From an uncultured Verrucomicrobiae bacterium (GTDB lineage Bacteria; Verrucomicrobiota; Verrucomicrobiia; Chthoniobacterales; UBA10450): a DNA stretch of 64,000 nt. Numbering within the stretch: the first letter of the stretch is position 1; each line of letters opens with the position of its first letter. Under the pieces are notes generated by a model. That model made no database searches. It worked only from the letters and a program-made list of their open reading frames with translations, and was not told the DNA's origin. The stretch covers positions 288,001-352,000 of the forward strand of contig CAVSDR010000006.1 in assembly GCA_963726745.1 (NCBI GenBank), read 5' to 3'. Below, piece by piece: positions 1-10,323 of this stretch. The translations under genes were made by a program, and so were the position numbers.

Positions 1-378
1 ACCTTCCCTACCGCGGTCACCTTCACCAGTGCGGCGGTCACCGCTGGGGCTGGCACGGTAGCGACGAGTAGCGGCAGCGGCACCACCACGGTAGCGGTCG
101 ATCTCACGGGCGTGACCAGTGCCCAGAAAACAACCGTTACTCTCACCGGAGTGAATAACGGGGCCAGCACCGGCAACGTCGCGGTGCAGCTGAGCGTGCT
201 CGTGGGCGACAGCAATAACGACAACAACGTCAACGTCGGCGACGCCATCCAGGTTCGGAGTCGGTCCGGTGGCCCGCTCGACGGCACCACCTTCCGTTCC
301 GACCTGAATGTGGATGGCACACTGAACGCGGGCGATACCATCGTCGCCCGCAGCCGCTCCGGCGACTCCCTGCCTTAG
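1..378 (+). CDS. C-terminal part of a secreted protein ending in a dockerin-like (double EF-hand-like) domain; 5' truncated by window
   Basis: Frame open from base 1 (TFPTAVTFTSAAVTAG...); two Ca-loop-like motifs GDSNNDNNVNVGD and SDLNVDGTLNAGD before the stop at 378. Confidence 0.75.
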   Translation, partial: TFPTAVTFTSAAVTAGAGTVATSSGSGTTTVAVDLTGVTSAQKTTVTLTGVNNGASTGNVAVQLSVLVGDSNNDNNVNVGDAIQVRSRSGGPLDGTTFRSDLNVDGTLNAGDTIVARSRSGDSLP

Positions 379-395
379 CCGCCCGGTTCTCCCGT

Positions 396-426
396 CAGCC
401 GCCGGCGATTCTTTCGCCGGCGGCTG
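396..426. terminator. Perfect 13-bp GC-rich hairpin between convergent transcription units
   Basis: CAGCCGCCGGCGA-TTCTT-TCGCCGGCGGCTG; no U-tract, so a terminator or RNA-stabilising role is only inferred. Confidence 0.45.
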
Positions 427-545
427 CTCGCGGAGACGCGCCTTAGAAGAAACATGGGCAGCGCTTCTTCCCTGCTGCTCTTGCGGCAGCGAAAGCAACA
501 CCATGAAAATGGGCTGCGCATGGGAAGAGCTGGCGCGAAAGAGCG

Positions 546-616
546 CTGCCTCGCAAGGATTCGAACCTTGACAAAGAGATCCAGAATCTCTCGTGCTACC
601 GTTACACCACGAGGCA
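546..616 (-). tRNA. tRNA-Gln (anticodon CTG), CCA not encoded
   Basis: Reverse complement TGCCTCG-TGGTGTAACGGTAGCACG-AGAGA-TTCTGGA-TCTCT-TTGT-CAAGG-TTCGAAT-CCTTG-CGAGGCA-G folds into a full cloverleaf with a TTCGAAT T-loop. Confidence 0.95.
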
Positions 617-684
617 AAAAGCAGGGCGCCATCTATCGCCTCGATTCGCGGTGGCGGCAAGTGGGCGTGCGCCCAAGGTGCTGA

Positions 685-2019
685 CTAATTTTTCGCGGCC
701 GCCGGCTTGGGCGTAAACCAAATCTCCGCGCCTTCGCGGGCCGCTTCCACTTCCATGGAGGCGCCAGCCTCGACCACCAGCAACCGCGCGCCCTCGAGCA
801 TCTCGTCGATCTTTGCGTCGTCGTGATTTGGGTCGTGATGGAAAAGGATCAACCGCCGCACTTCCGCCTCGAGCGCGAGCGAAACTACCCGGCTGAGCGA
901 GCCGTGGCCCCAGCCGACATGCGTCTCGTATTCCTCGTCGGTGTATTGCGCGTCCATGATCAGCGCGTCGCAGCCGCGGAGGAAATCCGCCAGCTTTGTC
1001 TTCTCCGCTTTGGCAAAGGCGCGCGCCTCCTCGACGCTGGCGTTTTCGTTCTGCGCCAGTTGCACCTTGAGCAGTTCGAAAGGCTCGTTGTCGGGGAAAT
1101 AGGCGATGGAGCCGCCGCTGGTGTTCAGCCGGTAGCCGGCGCAAATCCCCGGGTGGTTGGCGAACTTTGCCTGCACTTTCACCTTGCCGATCGAGAACTC
1201 CATTTCGCGCAGCTCCTCGATCTGGATGTCGCTCCGGAGCGCTTTCAAGCTCACCGGAAAAAACGGCGTTTCCATCTGGCCGGCGAGAATCGTGGCCAGG
1301 CCGGCACGCGCCCCTTCGTAGCCAAGGACGCGGATGTCATTTTTGCGGTTGTAGGCCGGGAGAAAAAACGGAAGGCCCTGGATGTGATCCCAGTGCGTGT
1401 GCGTGACGAGCAGCGTGAGATGGATCGGGCGCTCGGCGAATTCCTCCTCCAGCGCGAGGCCGAGCGCGCGAATGCCGGAGCCGGCGTCCATCACGATAAT
1501 TTCCCCGTCCGTGCGCACTTCCACGCAGCTGGTGTTCCCGCCGTAGCGCACGGTTGCGGCCCCTGGCACCGGAATGGAACCGCGCACGCCCCAGAACTTC
1601 AGCCGGGTCGACGGCGTGTGGAAATCGGCCGAGCCATTGCGCACGACCGTGGGCAAGCGCGGCAGCGGGAGGATGCGCTCGATCGTCGAGGACAGCATCT
1701 CCCAGCTGACCGGCTTTACGAGATATTCATCCGCGCCGGCTTCGAGCGCGCTCGTGCGATCGACGCCGTAATCGCGCCCGGAAATGACGATAATTTTCGA
1801 GGGCTGGAGCGCCTGGCGCAGGGCCCGGCAAACTTGGAAGCCGTTCGCCTTTGGCATCAGCAAGTCGCACAGAATGACCTCCGGGCGATGCTTCAAAGCC
1901 ATCGCGATTCCCGCCTCGCCATCGCCTGCCTGGAGCACGGTCCAGCGCTCACGAGGGAACAATTCGCTCGTGATCCGCCGACTTTCGTCGTCGTCTTCGA
2001 TCAGTAGGACGGTGGGCAT
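685..2019 (-). CDS. Response regulator receiver fused to a metallo-beta-lactamase-fold hydrolase (phosphodiesterase-like)
   Basis: N-terminal LIEDD...LCDLLMP...KP receiver; WGVRGSIP, YGGNTSC, THTHWDH and GWGH motifs. Confidence 0.88.
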   Translation of the reverse strand: MPTVLLIEDDDESRRITSELFPRERWTVLQAGDGEAGIAMALKHRPEVILCDLLMPKANGFQVCRALRQALQPSKIIVISGRDYGVDRTSALEAGADEYLVKPVSWEMLSSTIERILPLPRLPTVVRNGSADFHTPSTRLKFWGVRGSIPVPGAATVRYGGNTSCVEVRTDGEIIVMDAGSGIRALGLALEEEFAERPIHLTLLVTHTHWDHIQGLPFFLPAYNRKNDIRVLGYEGARAGLATILAGQMETPFFPVSLKALRSDIQIEELREMEFSIGKVKVQAKFANHPGICAGYRLNTSGGSIAYFPDNEPFELLKVQLAQNENASVEEARAFAKAEKTKLADFLRGCDALIMDAQYTDEEYETHVGWGHGSLSRVVSLALEAEVRRLILFHHDPNHDDAKIDEMLEGARLLVVEAGASMEVEAAREGAEIWFTPKPAAAKN

Positions 2020-2118
2020 TAAAACGGGTGTAACGGCGTTCTGGCAAAACTGCTAGAGCGATCTTCGCGCCACGCAGGGCACTTCTCTCCCGAAAGCCCC
2101 CTGCCGAGAGGCAAAATC

Positions 2119-2526
2119 CTAAAGCAAACTGCGCCCGAAAGCTCCCGGCGCGCCGCGCTTCCAGCGCAGCTCCGGCTCGAGATTGATCTCGTCCAGCCGC
2201 ACCTCAAACCCAGCCGCGCGCAGTAAATAGGCGACACCTTCACGGCTCTCCATCGTCTCCTTCAGGCTGCGCGCGAAAAGCTCGATGTATTCTTTGTACG
2301 ACTCGAGCGCCAGTTTCCCGTCAGCGAAATGCTCCGCGAGCGATTCGTCGTGGTAATCGATCAACTCCGAGAGTGCGCGCCGCAGTTTCGCCCGCATCTC
2401 GGGATCGACCACCAGCTTGAAGGGCGTCGCCCCGGGGTCGGGCAGCTTCGGCATTTTCTTGGCCAACATCTGCTCCGGCGCCGCTGGGGGCGTGAGCTGG
2501 TAGTCTCCTGGAGTTTGCTCGGCCAT
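2119..2526 (-). CDS. Hypothetical protein
   Basis: 135-aa ATG ORF co-oriented between hppA and the regulator gene, typical codon usage. Confidence 0.65.
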   Translation of the reverse strand: MAEQTPGDYQLTPPAAPEQMLAKKMPKLPDPGATPFKLVVDPEMRAKLRRALSELIDYHDESLAEHFADGKLALESYKEYIELFARSLKETMESREGVAYLLRAAGFEVRLDEINLEPELRWKRGAPGAFGRSLL

Positions 2527-2556
2527 GCGGTCGCAGTGGCGGAAAGCCCGCGCCTT

Positions 2557-4635
2557 CTAGCGGAAGAAAATCGGGATAATCAAAATGGCCACGATGTTGA
2601 CCACTTTAATCATCGGGTTGATCGCCGGGCCGGCGGTGTCCTTGTAAGGATCGCCCACGGTGTCGCCCGTGACCGAAGCCGCGTGCGCCATCGAGCCTTT
2701 GCCGCCGAGATTGCCTTCCTCGATATATTTCTTCGCGTTGTCCCACGCGCCGCCGCTCGAGGTCATGGCGATGGCCACAAACAAGCCAGTCACGATCGTG
2801 CCCACGAGCAGGCCGCCCAGAACCGTCGGCCCGAGCTGCGGAATCGCGGCCACGATGCAGACAAACGCCACCGGTAGAAGTGCCGGGATAATCATTTCGC
2901 GCAGGGCCGCCTTGGTCACGATGTCGACGCAAACGCCGTAGTCCGGCTTGTCCGCGCCGGTCAAAATTCCCGGCTTCGCAGTCAACTGCCGCCGCACTTC
3001 ACGCACGACCGCCCCGGCCGCTTTGCCGACCGCGTCCATGCTGAAAGCGGTGAAGAGGAACGGCAACAATCCGCCAATGAAAAGGCCGATGATCACCTTG
3101 GGATCGTTCAGCGAGAAATCGAAATTGCCCACGCGCCCGATGATCGCAAAGTGCGCCCGCAATTCCTCCACATAAGAGCCGAAGAGCACCAGCGCCGCGA
3201 GACCGGCGGAAGCGATCGCGTATCCCTTGGTCACGGCCTTCATCGTGTTGCCCACGGCGTCGAGGTCATCGGTGACCGCGCGCACTTCCTTGGGCAATTC
3301 GCTCATCACCGCAATGCCGCCGGCGTTGTCGGTGATCGGGCCAAAGGCATCCAGCGAGATGATAATGCCAGCCATCGAAAGCATGCTCATGACCGCGATC
3401 GCGATCCCGTAAAGGCCCGCGAAGTGATAGCTGAGTAAAATAGACAGCCCGATGAACGCCACCGGCAGCGCGGTCGCGTGCTGCCCGATTGCGAGACCGG
3501 CGATGATGTTCGTCGCGTGTCCGGTCTCGGAAGCCTTGGCGATTTTGCGCACCGGGCTGTAGGCCGTGGAGGTGTAGTAGTTCGTGATCAGCACGACCAA
3601 GAAAGTCATCGCCAGGCCGACCAAGGCAGAAGCGTAGAGCGCGTTCGCCGAATGCAGCAGGCCGCCGATGGCGACGCCGTTCGGGAAGAGCAGCCGCGTC
3701 GCCGGCCAGAAGAGCACCGCCGAAACTACCGCGCTCGCGCCGACCGCGCCCATAAGCGCCGCGCCCGGCTTCATCGTGGTCACGTTTACGAAAATGATGC
3801 CGAGAATCGCGCCGAGCACCGAGATGCCGCCGAGGATAAAGGGATAAACGATCGCCGCTGGGTAGGTCGGCAGGGTCAGCGCCGCGACCAGGATCGCGCC
3901 GATCAAGCTGACCGCGTAGGTCTCGAAAACGTCCGCTGCCATGCCGGCGCAATCGCCCACGTTGTCGCCCACGTTATCTGCGATCGTCGCCGGATTACGC
4001 GGATCGTCTTCGTCGAGGTTCTGCTCGATTTTGCCGACGAGATCGGCGCCCACGTCGGCCGCCTTGGTGTAAATGCCGCCGCCGAGACGCGCGAAAACGC
4101 TGATTAAACTCGCGCCCAGCGCCAGGCCGATGAGGCTCTTGACCGCCGGATCGTGCCCGATCATGCGGCTGGCCAGGGTGTAGAAAAGGCCCACCGAAAG
4201 GAGCGCCAAACCGACCACGAGCAGGCCGGTGACCGCGCCGCCATTGAAGGCCACGCGCATCGCCGCGGTGCGGGAAGTGGTCGCGGCAAAGGCGGTGCGC
4301 ACGTTGGCCAGCACCGCGATGCGCATGCCGATGTAACCGGCGGCTAACGAGCAGAAGGCCCCAATGAGAAAGCCGACCGCGGTCGCGCCGTCGCGGAAAA
4401 TAAACAGCAAGATGAAGATCACCACCGCGATCGCACTGATCGTGATCACCTGGCGATTCAGATACGCCTTGGCCCCTTCCTGGACGGCGCCGGCGATCTC
4501 GCGCATGCGTTCATTTCCGGGGGAACGGCTGATCACTGCCTTGATCAGGAAGAAGGCGAAAACGAGGCCACCGGCGGCCAAAAGCATCGAAAGGGTGACG
4601 CCGAAATCGAGGATCGAGAGAGCAAGCAAAGTCAT
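2557..4635 (-). CDS. hppA: Membrane-bound proton-translocating pyrophosphatase (probably K+-independent)
   Basis: [48 protein letters not shown] and [11 protein letters not shown] motifs; Lys in GNTMKA; start placed at ATG 4635. Confidence 0.95.
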   Translation of the reverse strand: MTLLALSILDFGVTLSMLLAAGGLVFAFFLIKAVISRSPGNERMREIAGAVQEGAKAYLNRQVITISAIAVVIFILLFIFRDGATAVGFLIGAFCSLAAGYIGMRIAVLANVRTAFAATTSRTAAMRVAFNGGAVTGLLVVGLALLSVGLFYTLASRMIGHDPAVKSLIGLALGASLISVFARLGGGIYTKAADVGADLVGKIEQNLDEDDPRNPATIADNVGDNVGDCAGMAADVFETYAVSLIGAILVAALTLPTYPAAIVYPFILGGISVLGAILGIIFVNVTTMKPGAALMGAVGASAVVSAVLFWPATRLLFPNGVAIGGLLHSANALYASALVGLAMTFLVVLITNYYTSTAYSPVRKIAKASETGHATNIIAGLAIGQHATALPVAFIGLSILLSYHFAGLYGIAIAVMSMLSMAGIIISLDAFGPITDNAGGIAVMSELPKEVRAVTDDLDAVGNTMKAVTKGYAIASAGLAALVLFGSYVEELRAHFAIIGRVGNFDFSLNDPKVIIGLFIGGLLPFLFTAFSMDAVGKAAGAVVREVRRQLTAKPGILTGADKPDYGVCVDIVTKAALREMIIPALLPVAFVCIVAAIPQLGPTVLGGLLVGTIVTGLFVAIAMTSSGGAWDNAKKYIEEGNLGGKGSMAHAASVTGDTVGDPYKDTAGPAINPMIKVVNIVAILIIPIFFR

Positions 4636-4741
4636 AGGCAGGGTCGGAATTGAAGTGCGAGACGATAGGGACTTTTCCCTCACTGGCAACGGCTATCTGC
4701 CGCGTTTCCGCGCCCTCCAGAGCACTCGTTAGCGCGAGGGT

Positions 4742-6244
4742 TTAGAGCTCAAAAAAGTTGCGCAATCGCTTGAGGAAATTGGCGGTGTATTCGCGCTCTC
4801 GCTGGGCCCGGTCCTCCGGCACCGTGGCCTCTTTCAGCCGCCCTTCGGTTTCCATTTTTCGCTGCGCCAGCAGCCCGCTCAACTGCGCCAGGCAATCCGG
4901 CGCGCCCCGCAGGAGTTCGCCCATGATCACCTTGCTGATCTCGAGCACTTCGCAGTCGTTCTCCGCCCGCACCGTGGCGGTCCGTTTTTCGCCCGTCAGG
5001 AGCGACATTTCCCCAAAGCAATCCCCTTCCCGGAGAACGCCCACGCGGATCGGCACGCCCTCTTTCTCCACCGAGACCTGCGCCGTCCCCCGCAGGAGGA
5101 CAAACATCGAGTCGCCTTCCGCCGCTTCCTCGATCACCGCCTCCCCGCGACCGAAATGGTTCGGCTCCGACTTTTGAATGATGCCGTCTAATTGCTCATC
5201 GCTCAGGCAGCCGAAGAGCGGCTCGTCGCGCAGAATGTCGCGCGCCTTCCGGCGCATTTCCTGCCCGGGCACGTGCGGCTGGCGCTGGAGATGGAGCGTG
5301 CGAATCGGGAACGGGATGGTGATTTTCCGCCGGCGAAATTCATACCAGACGTTCGTGCGGATGGCATCGCAGACGTCGTTGTAGCGTGCGTGTCCGGTCA
5401 TCCAAAACTTGATCTCGTAGAGAATCGCGGACTCGCCGTAGTCCCGCAGGAAAACCTTCGGCGGCGGCTGCGGCTCCACCCCCTCGGCCTCGGTCACGGC
5501 GCGCAGGAGCGCGTCCTTCACCCGGTTAGGCGGCACGCTGTAGTCCGCGCCCACCTGGATGCGCATCGCGTGGATCTGGCTCGGGTAGCTGATGTTCACG
5601 ATCGTCTGCTTGACGATGTCGTTGTTCGGAATGTGCAGGTAGATGGCGTCGTTCGTGCGCAAACGCGTGGCCCCCCAGCGAATCTCCATGACCTCGCCGT
5701 AGGTTTCGCCCACCTTGAGCCAGTCGCCGACTTTGTAGGGCCGTTGGATTTGCAGCGACATCCCCGCGACCACGCTGCTGAGGAGATTCTGCGCCGCGAA
5801 ACCGAGGATGATCGCAGCCACGCCGGAGCCCGCGAGCAGCCCTTTGAGTTGCGTCTCCGCGTGATAGCCCACGCTTAAGACGAAGAGGAGCGCGATCAGG
5901 AACAGGACCATCGCCGCGGTGTCGCGGAGAAGCTTCGGCACCGGCACTTGCCGGCGGGTCTGGAAGTAATAGTCCCAGAGATAGCGATCCAGCAGCGCGA
6001 CCACGATGCCGGTGCTGAGCAAGATGACCGCGGCGCCGAGATGCCCGCGCCAGGTCGTCTCCACTCCGTAGACCGCGAGCGCGGCATAGAAGGCGAGCGC
6101 GAGGCAGAAGAGCTGGTAGAGAATGCCCAGCGGCACACCCGCGCGCCGCTTGAGGACGCGTCCCAGGGTGAGGGCGACAAAGAAGACGGCGACGAATGCG
6201 AAGACCGTGGCCCCGGCCCGCTGTGCGCCCTCGAGATTAAACAT
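4742..6244 (-). CDS. MscS-family mechanosensitive channel with C-terminal cyclic nucleotide-binding domain
   Basis: TM helices; ILGFAAQNLLSSVVAG, PYKVGDW and IPN MscS motifs; FGEMSLLTGEKRTATV cNMP motif. Confidence 0.9.
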   Translation of the reverse strand: MFNLEGAQRAGATVFAFVAVFFVALTLGRVLKRRAGVPLGILYQLFCLALAFYAALAVYGVETTWRGHLGAAVILLSTGIVVALLDRYLWDYYFQTRRQVPVPKLLRDTAAMVLFLIALLFVLSVGYHAETQLKGLLAGSGVAAIILGFAAQNLLSSVVAGMSLQIQRPYKVGDWLKVGETYGEVMEIRWGATRLRTNDAIYLHIPNNDIVKQTIVNISYPSQIHAMRIQVGADYSVPPNRVKDALLRAVTEAEGVEPQPPPKVFLRDYGESAILYEIKFWMTGHARYNDVCDAIRTNVWYEFRRRKITIPFPIRTLHLQRQPHVPGQEMRRKARDILRDEPLFGCLSDEQLDGIIQKSEPNHFGRGEAVIEEAAEGDSMFVLLRGTAQVSVEKEGVPIRVGVLREGDCFGEMSLLTGEKRTATVRAENDCEVLEISKVIMGELLRGAPDCLAQLSGLLAQRKMETEGRLKEATVPEDRAQREREYTANFLKRLRNFFEL

Positions 6245-6304
6245 TGCGCGGGAGCCTAGCAGAAGCCCGCGCGCGGCGACAACCCCGTCGCTCGGCCTAA
6301 CGAA

Positions 6305-6952
6305 TTATTCCGCGGCGCTCGCTTCCGCGGACGCGGAATTCTCGGAGCCGACCGCCTCGCCCACAGAGTAGCGGGTGAACCGGCGGATGACGATGTTCTC
6401 GCCGAGCTCGGCGATCTTGGTCGCAACCAGTTCCTTGATCGTTTGGTCGGGATTCTTGATAAAGCCCTGCTCCATCAGGCAGACCGTGCTGTAGAACTTA
6501 TCCAGCTTCCCGTCCACGATTTTGCCGACAACATTGGCCGGCTTGTCCTTCACCTGGCCCTCGTAGATCGCACGCTCGGAGCTGATCGTTTTCTCCGGCA
6601 CTTCCTCGCGGTTCACGTAAAGCGGATGCGCCGCCGCGATGTGCAAGGTGATATCCTTCACGAAATCGCGAAAGATCTCGTTCTTGGCCACGAAGTCGGT
6701 CTCGCAATTCACTTCCACGAGCACGCCCACCTTGCCCTGCAGGTGAATGTAGGAGGCAACGATTCCTTCCTTGGTCGCACGCGAAGCCTTCTTGCTCGCG
6801 CCGGCGATCCCCTTGGTCCGGAGCGCAGCTTCCGCTTTCTCCAAGTCGCCGCCTGCTTCCGCGAGCGCACGCTTGCAGTCCATCATGCCCGCGTTCGTCC
6901 GTTCGCGGAGTTGCTTGACCAGTTGGGGATTGATTTCGGCTTTGGCTTCCAT
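6305..6952 (-). CDS. tsf: Translation elongation factor Ts (short form)
   Basis: VKQLRERTNAGMMDCKRAL and EVNCETDFVA; downstream of rpsB; start placed at ATG 6952. Confidence 0.97.
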   Translation of the reverse strand: MEAKAEINPQLVKQLRERTNAGMMDCKRALAEAGGDLEKAEAALRTKGIAGASKKASRATKEGIVASYIHLQGKVGVLVEVNCETDFVAKNEIFRDFVKDITLHIAAAHPLYVNREEVPEKTISSERAIYEGQVKDKPANVVGKIVDGKLDKFYSTVCLMEQGFIKNPDQTIKELVATKIAELGENIVIRRFTRYSVGEAVGSENSASAEASAAE

Positions 6953-7036
6953 GGGATGGGGAAAAGGTTGTGGCGATGGAGCTGACGGCATTGACCCATC
7001 AGCACACAGCATCGGCCGGATTTTGAAAACTGCGGG

Positions 7037-7768
7037 TTAGGCGGAAACGCCGGCCATCTCGACCTGCTCGCGAATCCGGGCTTCGCCGCTGGAGGAGACA
7101 ATCGAGTCGACCAATTTCTGCAGGACTACGCGAATCGCGCGGATGGCGTCGTCGTTCCCCGCGATCGGGTAATCGATCAACTCCGGATCGGCGTTCGTAT
7201 CCACGATCGCGACCGTCGGAATCCCGAGGCGGCGCGCTTCGTTGACGGCATTCTGCTCGCGAGTGGTGTCGATCACCACCATGGCGTCGGGTAATTTCTG
7301 CATCTCAAGGATGCCTTCGAGGTTGCGGCGAAGCTTCGCGCCTTCACGGCCGAGCGCGGCCAGCTCCTGCTTGCCCATCTTTTTGAAGTCGGGCGAGGAC
7401 TCGATCTCTTCGATATATTTCAAGCGGCCGATGCTCTTGCGGATGGTCGCGAGATTGGTCAGCGTGCCGCCGAGCCAGCGCTGGTTGACGAAAAATTGTC
7501 CGCACGCCTGGGCCGCTTCCTTGACCGCTTCCTGCGCCTGCTTCTTGCAGCCGACGAACAGAATCTTGCCGCCGCGCCGGGTCACTTCCTGGAGGAAATC
7601 GGTCGCTGTCTGCAGCTGCTTGACCGTCTCGTCGAGGTTGATGATGTAAATCTGGTTGCGCTGCTCGAAAATGAACGGCTTCATCTTCGGGTTCCAGCGC
7701 TTGGTCTGGTGGCCGAAGTGGACGCCCGCTTCGAGCAATTCCGGAACTAATTCTGTTGCTGTCGCCAT
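7037..7768 (-). CDS. rpsB: 30S ribosomal protein S2
   Basis: LLEAGVHFGHQTKRWNPKM, RWLGGTLTN, DTNADP and GNDDAIRA. Confidence 0.98.
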   Translation of the reverse strand: MATATELVPELLEAGVHFGHQTKRWNPKMKPFIFEQRNQIYIINLDETVKQLQTATDFLQEVTRRGGKILFVGCKKQAQEAVKEAAQACGQFFVNQRWLGGTLTNLATIRKSIGRLKYIEEIESSPDFKKMGKQELAALGREGAKLRRNLEGILEMQKLPDAMVVIDTTREQNAVNEARRLGIPTVAIVDTNADPELIDYPIAGNDDAIRAIRVVLQKLVDSIVSSSGEARIREQVEMAGVSA

Positions 7769-7783
7769 AGGGTAAAACGTGCG

Positions 7784-7804
7784 CGCTCCGCGCAATGCGG
7801 AGCG
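7784..7804 (-). promoter_or_regulatory. Hairpin in the rpsB 5' leader
   Basis: CGCTCCGC-N5-GCGGAGCG 8-bp stem about 15 nt upstream of the rpsB start; regulatory role is inference. Confidence 0.35.
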
Positions 7805-7866
7805 GACGTGGAAGATGCAACGGCGCGCGACAAAGGCAAACAGAATGTTCGCCCAGCGTCACCCAG

Positions 7867-9267
7867 CTATTTCGCGGCCGAAATCGGCGCGTGGTGGTAG
7901 TCGTGGCAGGTGGTGCAATTGCTCGCGACTTTCCCCGCCGGGCTGTGGCAGGCGACGCAGGAAGCCTTCGCCGGCAGGAGGACATCTGCCGTCTCGCGGC
8001 TGGCGGTCGCGTGATGGCAATCATTGCAACCCACGCTCTGGTGCTTCGCGTGGTTGAACTGGCCATGCAGCAGCCAGCGATCGACCAGGATCGGCTTTGT
8101 GACGAGCGGCGCGCCATGCGCCGCCGGTTTCACCTCGTGGCAAAAGGCGCAGCCATGGAAGACGCTGCCGATCGGCGGCGCGCTCCCTTCCACCTGGCGA
8201 TAGGGATCGCTCGTGAAAAAAATCTGCCGCTCGAAGTCCTCGCCGGAGCGCACCCGCTCGCGCAATTGTGTGAGCTGCGCGGCCACGAAACGCTCCCGCT
8301 GCGCTGGACTCGTTAGGCCCTTGCTCACCGCCAGCGCTTCGTATTGCCCCGGCAGCGTGCGCAGAAAACCGCGGACCGCCGCGGGATCGCCATGCGGCAA
8401 AGTGAGCTCGGGATTGCGCGGGTCGAACTGAAGCGCATGGCAGCTTCGGCAGTTCGCTTCGAAGCTGATCCGCCGCAGGTAGCGCCCGTCCGGCTCCGGC
8501 TGGTGGCAGCTGGCGCACTCGAGGCGCCGGCCATGAGACAGCGGGATGTCCGCCGCGAAGTGGCGTTGGTGATTGAAGCGCAGCGTGTCCGGATCGCGCG
8601 CCTGGTTTTGCTCCCAACGGAAGTCGGGATGCGCGCCATCGAAGCGCGCGAAGACCTGCGTCTGCCCATCCGGCGGCCGCGGAAGCTGCAGGGCCGCGCG
8701 CTGCGCGAGGTTGCGCGGCGGCGGGAAGGCGCTCGCAGGGAGCTGCCGGCCGAGCGCGGCCGAGGCCTGCATGACCTTGCGGTCGTTATGGCAGGCCGCG
8801 CAATCGCGATCGCTCGCGAGCGAGATCGCCTCCGGTCCGCGGTGTTCCTGGTGGCACGCGGAGCAGGAGCGATTCGCGACCACCGTGGGCGCATGAAAAT
8901 CCCGATCCGCGTGACAGTTGGCGCACTTGCCGTCGATCAGCGCCACCGTCGTGCGCAGGTTAAATTGCTGCCCGAGGGCAAAGCCGAGCTTGTAAGGATC
9001 GAGCAACTCGCGCGGCGCCAGCTTTGGCTGGTGGCACTTCGCGCAATCCTGCGCGATGAGCGCATGACCGCTCGAGATCGCGCCCGGATTGAAGAACTCC
9101 GGGTTGGCGTGTCGATGGTAATACAGCACCGCGAGCAGGCCGCCGACGAGCGCGACGAAGCTGACCGCGATGCGCGCTGCGCGCCAGGGATGCAGCCGTT
9201 TGTAATAAGCCAGATTGCCCTTGTAGCGCTCGGCGATCTGCTTCTGCGTGCGCGTCGGCTCGGCCAT
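7867..9267 (-). CDS. Membrane-anchored multiheme (10 CXXCH) cytochrome c
   Basis: CAKCH, CANCH, CSACH, CAACH, CASCH, CRSCH, CAFCH, CNDCH, CVACH, CTTCH; N-terminal TM segment. Confidence 0.92.
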   Translation of the reverse strand: MAEPTRTQKQIAERYKGNLAYYKRLHPWRAARIAVSFVALVGGLLAVLYYHRHANPEFFNPGAISSGHALIAQDCAKCHQPKLAPRELLDPYKLGFALGQQFNLRTTVALIDGKCANCHADRDFHAPTVVANRSCSACHQEHRGPEAISLASDRDCAACHNDRKVMQASAALGRQLPASAFPPPRNLAQRAALQLPRPPDGQTQVFARFDGAHPDFRWEQNQARDPDTLRFNHQRHFAADIPLSHGRRLECASCHQPEPDGRYLRRISFEANCRSCHALQFDPRNPELTLPHGDPAAVRGFLRTLPGQYEALAVSKGLTSPAQRERFVAAQLTQLRERVRSGEDFERQIFFTSDPYRQVEGSAPPIGSVFHGCAFCHEVKPAAHGAPLVTKPILVDRWLLHGQFNHAKHQSVGCNDCHHATASRETADVLLPAKASCVACHSPAGKVASNCTTCHDYHHAPISAAK

Positions 9268-9270
9268 CGG

Positions 9271-10302
9271 TCAGAAGCGGAAGAGCGCCACGTAGGCGTG
9301 CCAGATGGTGACGAGGATGAGCACAAAGGAAAACGGCACGTGCACGAAAAGCCAGCCGTGCAGCCAATGGTGCATCCGCGTTTGCGCGTCGAGCAGCCGG
9401 CGCTCGTCGCACCAGGCCTCGATCTCATCCGCGCGCGGGCGGTAACCGAGCGCGATCCGCAACTTCAGGAAGCGAAAAAGCTCGTCGCTGTAGCGGCGTT
9501 CGCCCAGGCGCAGGCGGCGGCCGTTGCGCGCACGCAGATACGGCAGGATTTGCCGTTCGATGAAATCAGCCAGCACTTTCTCCGATTCCGGATCGCCCGG
9601 GGCCGGCGCGGGTTTTGGCGGCGGCGCGGTCACGGTCGCGGCCGTCAAGGCGGAGTCGGAGGCGCTCTTCGCGCGGGCCGTGGGCGTGGTCACGGTCGGC
9701 GTCGCCGCGGCCATCGGCGCGGGCGCGGTTTTCTTTTCCGTCGCGGGCGCCGGCCGGAAGGAATCGCGCATCTTTTCCGCGGCCGCGCAGAGCTGCGCGC
9801 GGATGTGCGGGATTTGTTCGTAGACGGTTTCCGCGGGCAGGCGTTCCTTCATCAGGCGCGGGAGATGATGCTGCAGGATCAGGCCATAGATGCCGCTGGC
9901 CATCACGAAAGCGTAGAGCAGGAGCAACAGCGTGGTCATGGCGCCGCCGAGCCGGAAGCCGCTGTGCAGCGCCACTAGCGGAATCGTCAGGAGCGTGAGC
10001 CAAATGTGCGCGCGCAGCCAAAGTTGCACCCGGCCGACGCGCCAGAGCGGAATCTTTTTCCGCAGCCCGAGGAGCGCGGCGAACAGAAAAATAGCCAGCG
10101 AGATGGCGCCGTAGAGCACGCCCAGCGGCGTACCGCCGACGTGCCCGCGCGACGGCGGGGTGGCGCCGAAAATAGCCGGCAACTCGAACGCGAAAGGGAG
10201 ACTCTGCGGATGGAAATTTGCCAGGTAGAGCACCACCGCCGCGGCCGTGGCGGCGAGGGTAAACACGAGCCAGGGAAGATGGGTGCGATTAACAATGCGC
10301 AT
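9271..10302 (-). CDS. Integral membrane protein with His residues in TM helices (cytochrome b / ferric reductase-like)
   Basis: About 5 TM helices; WLRAHIWL, LHSGF, WLFVHVP and IWHAYV; Ala/Pro/Thr-rich linker. Confidence 0.75.
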   Translation of the reverse strand: MRIVNRTHLPWLVFTLAATAAAVVLYLANFHPQSLPFAFELPAIFGATPPSRGHVGGTPLGVLYGAISLAIFLFAALLGLRKKIPLWRVGRVQLWLRAHIWLTLLTIPLVALHSGFRLGGAMTTLLLLLYAFVMASGIYGLILQHHLPRLMKERLPAETVYEQIPHIRAQLCAAAEKMRDSFRPAPATEKKTAPAPMAAATPTVTTPTARAKSASDSALTAATVTAPPPKPAPAPGDPESEKVLADFIERQILPYLRARNGRRLRLGERRYSDELFRFLKLRIALGYRPRADEIEAWCDERRLLDAQTRMHHWLHGWLFVHVPFSFVLILVTIWHAYVALFRF

Positions 10303-10323
10303 GCGACCGGGACCCGAAAAACC

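Noticed and set aside
454..684. Short ORFs 454..684 and 375..632
   Set aside because: They overlap the tRNA-Gln gene and show no protein features.
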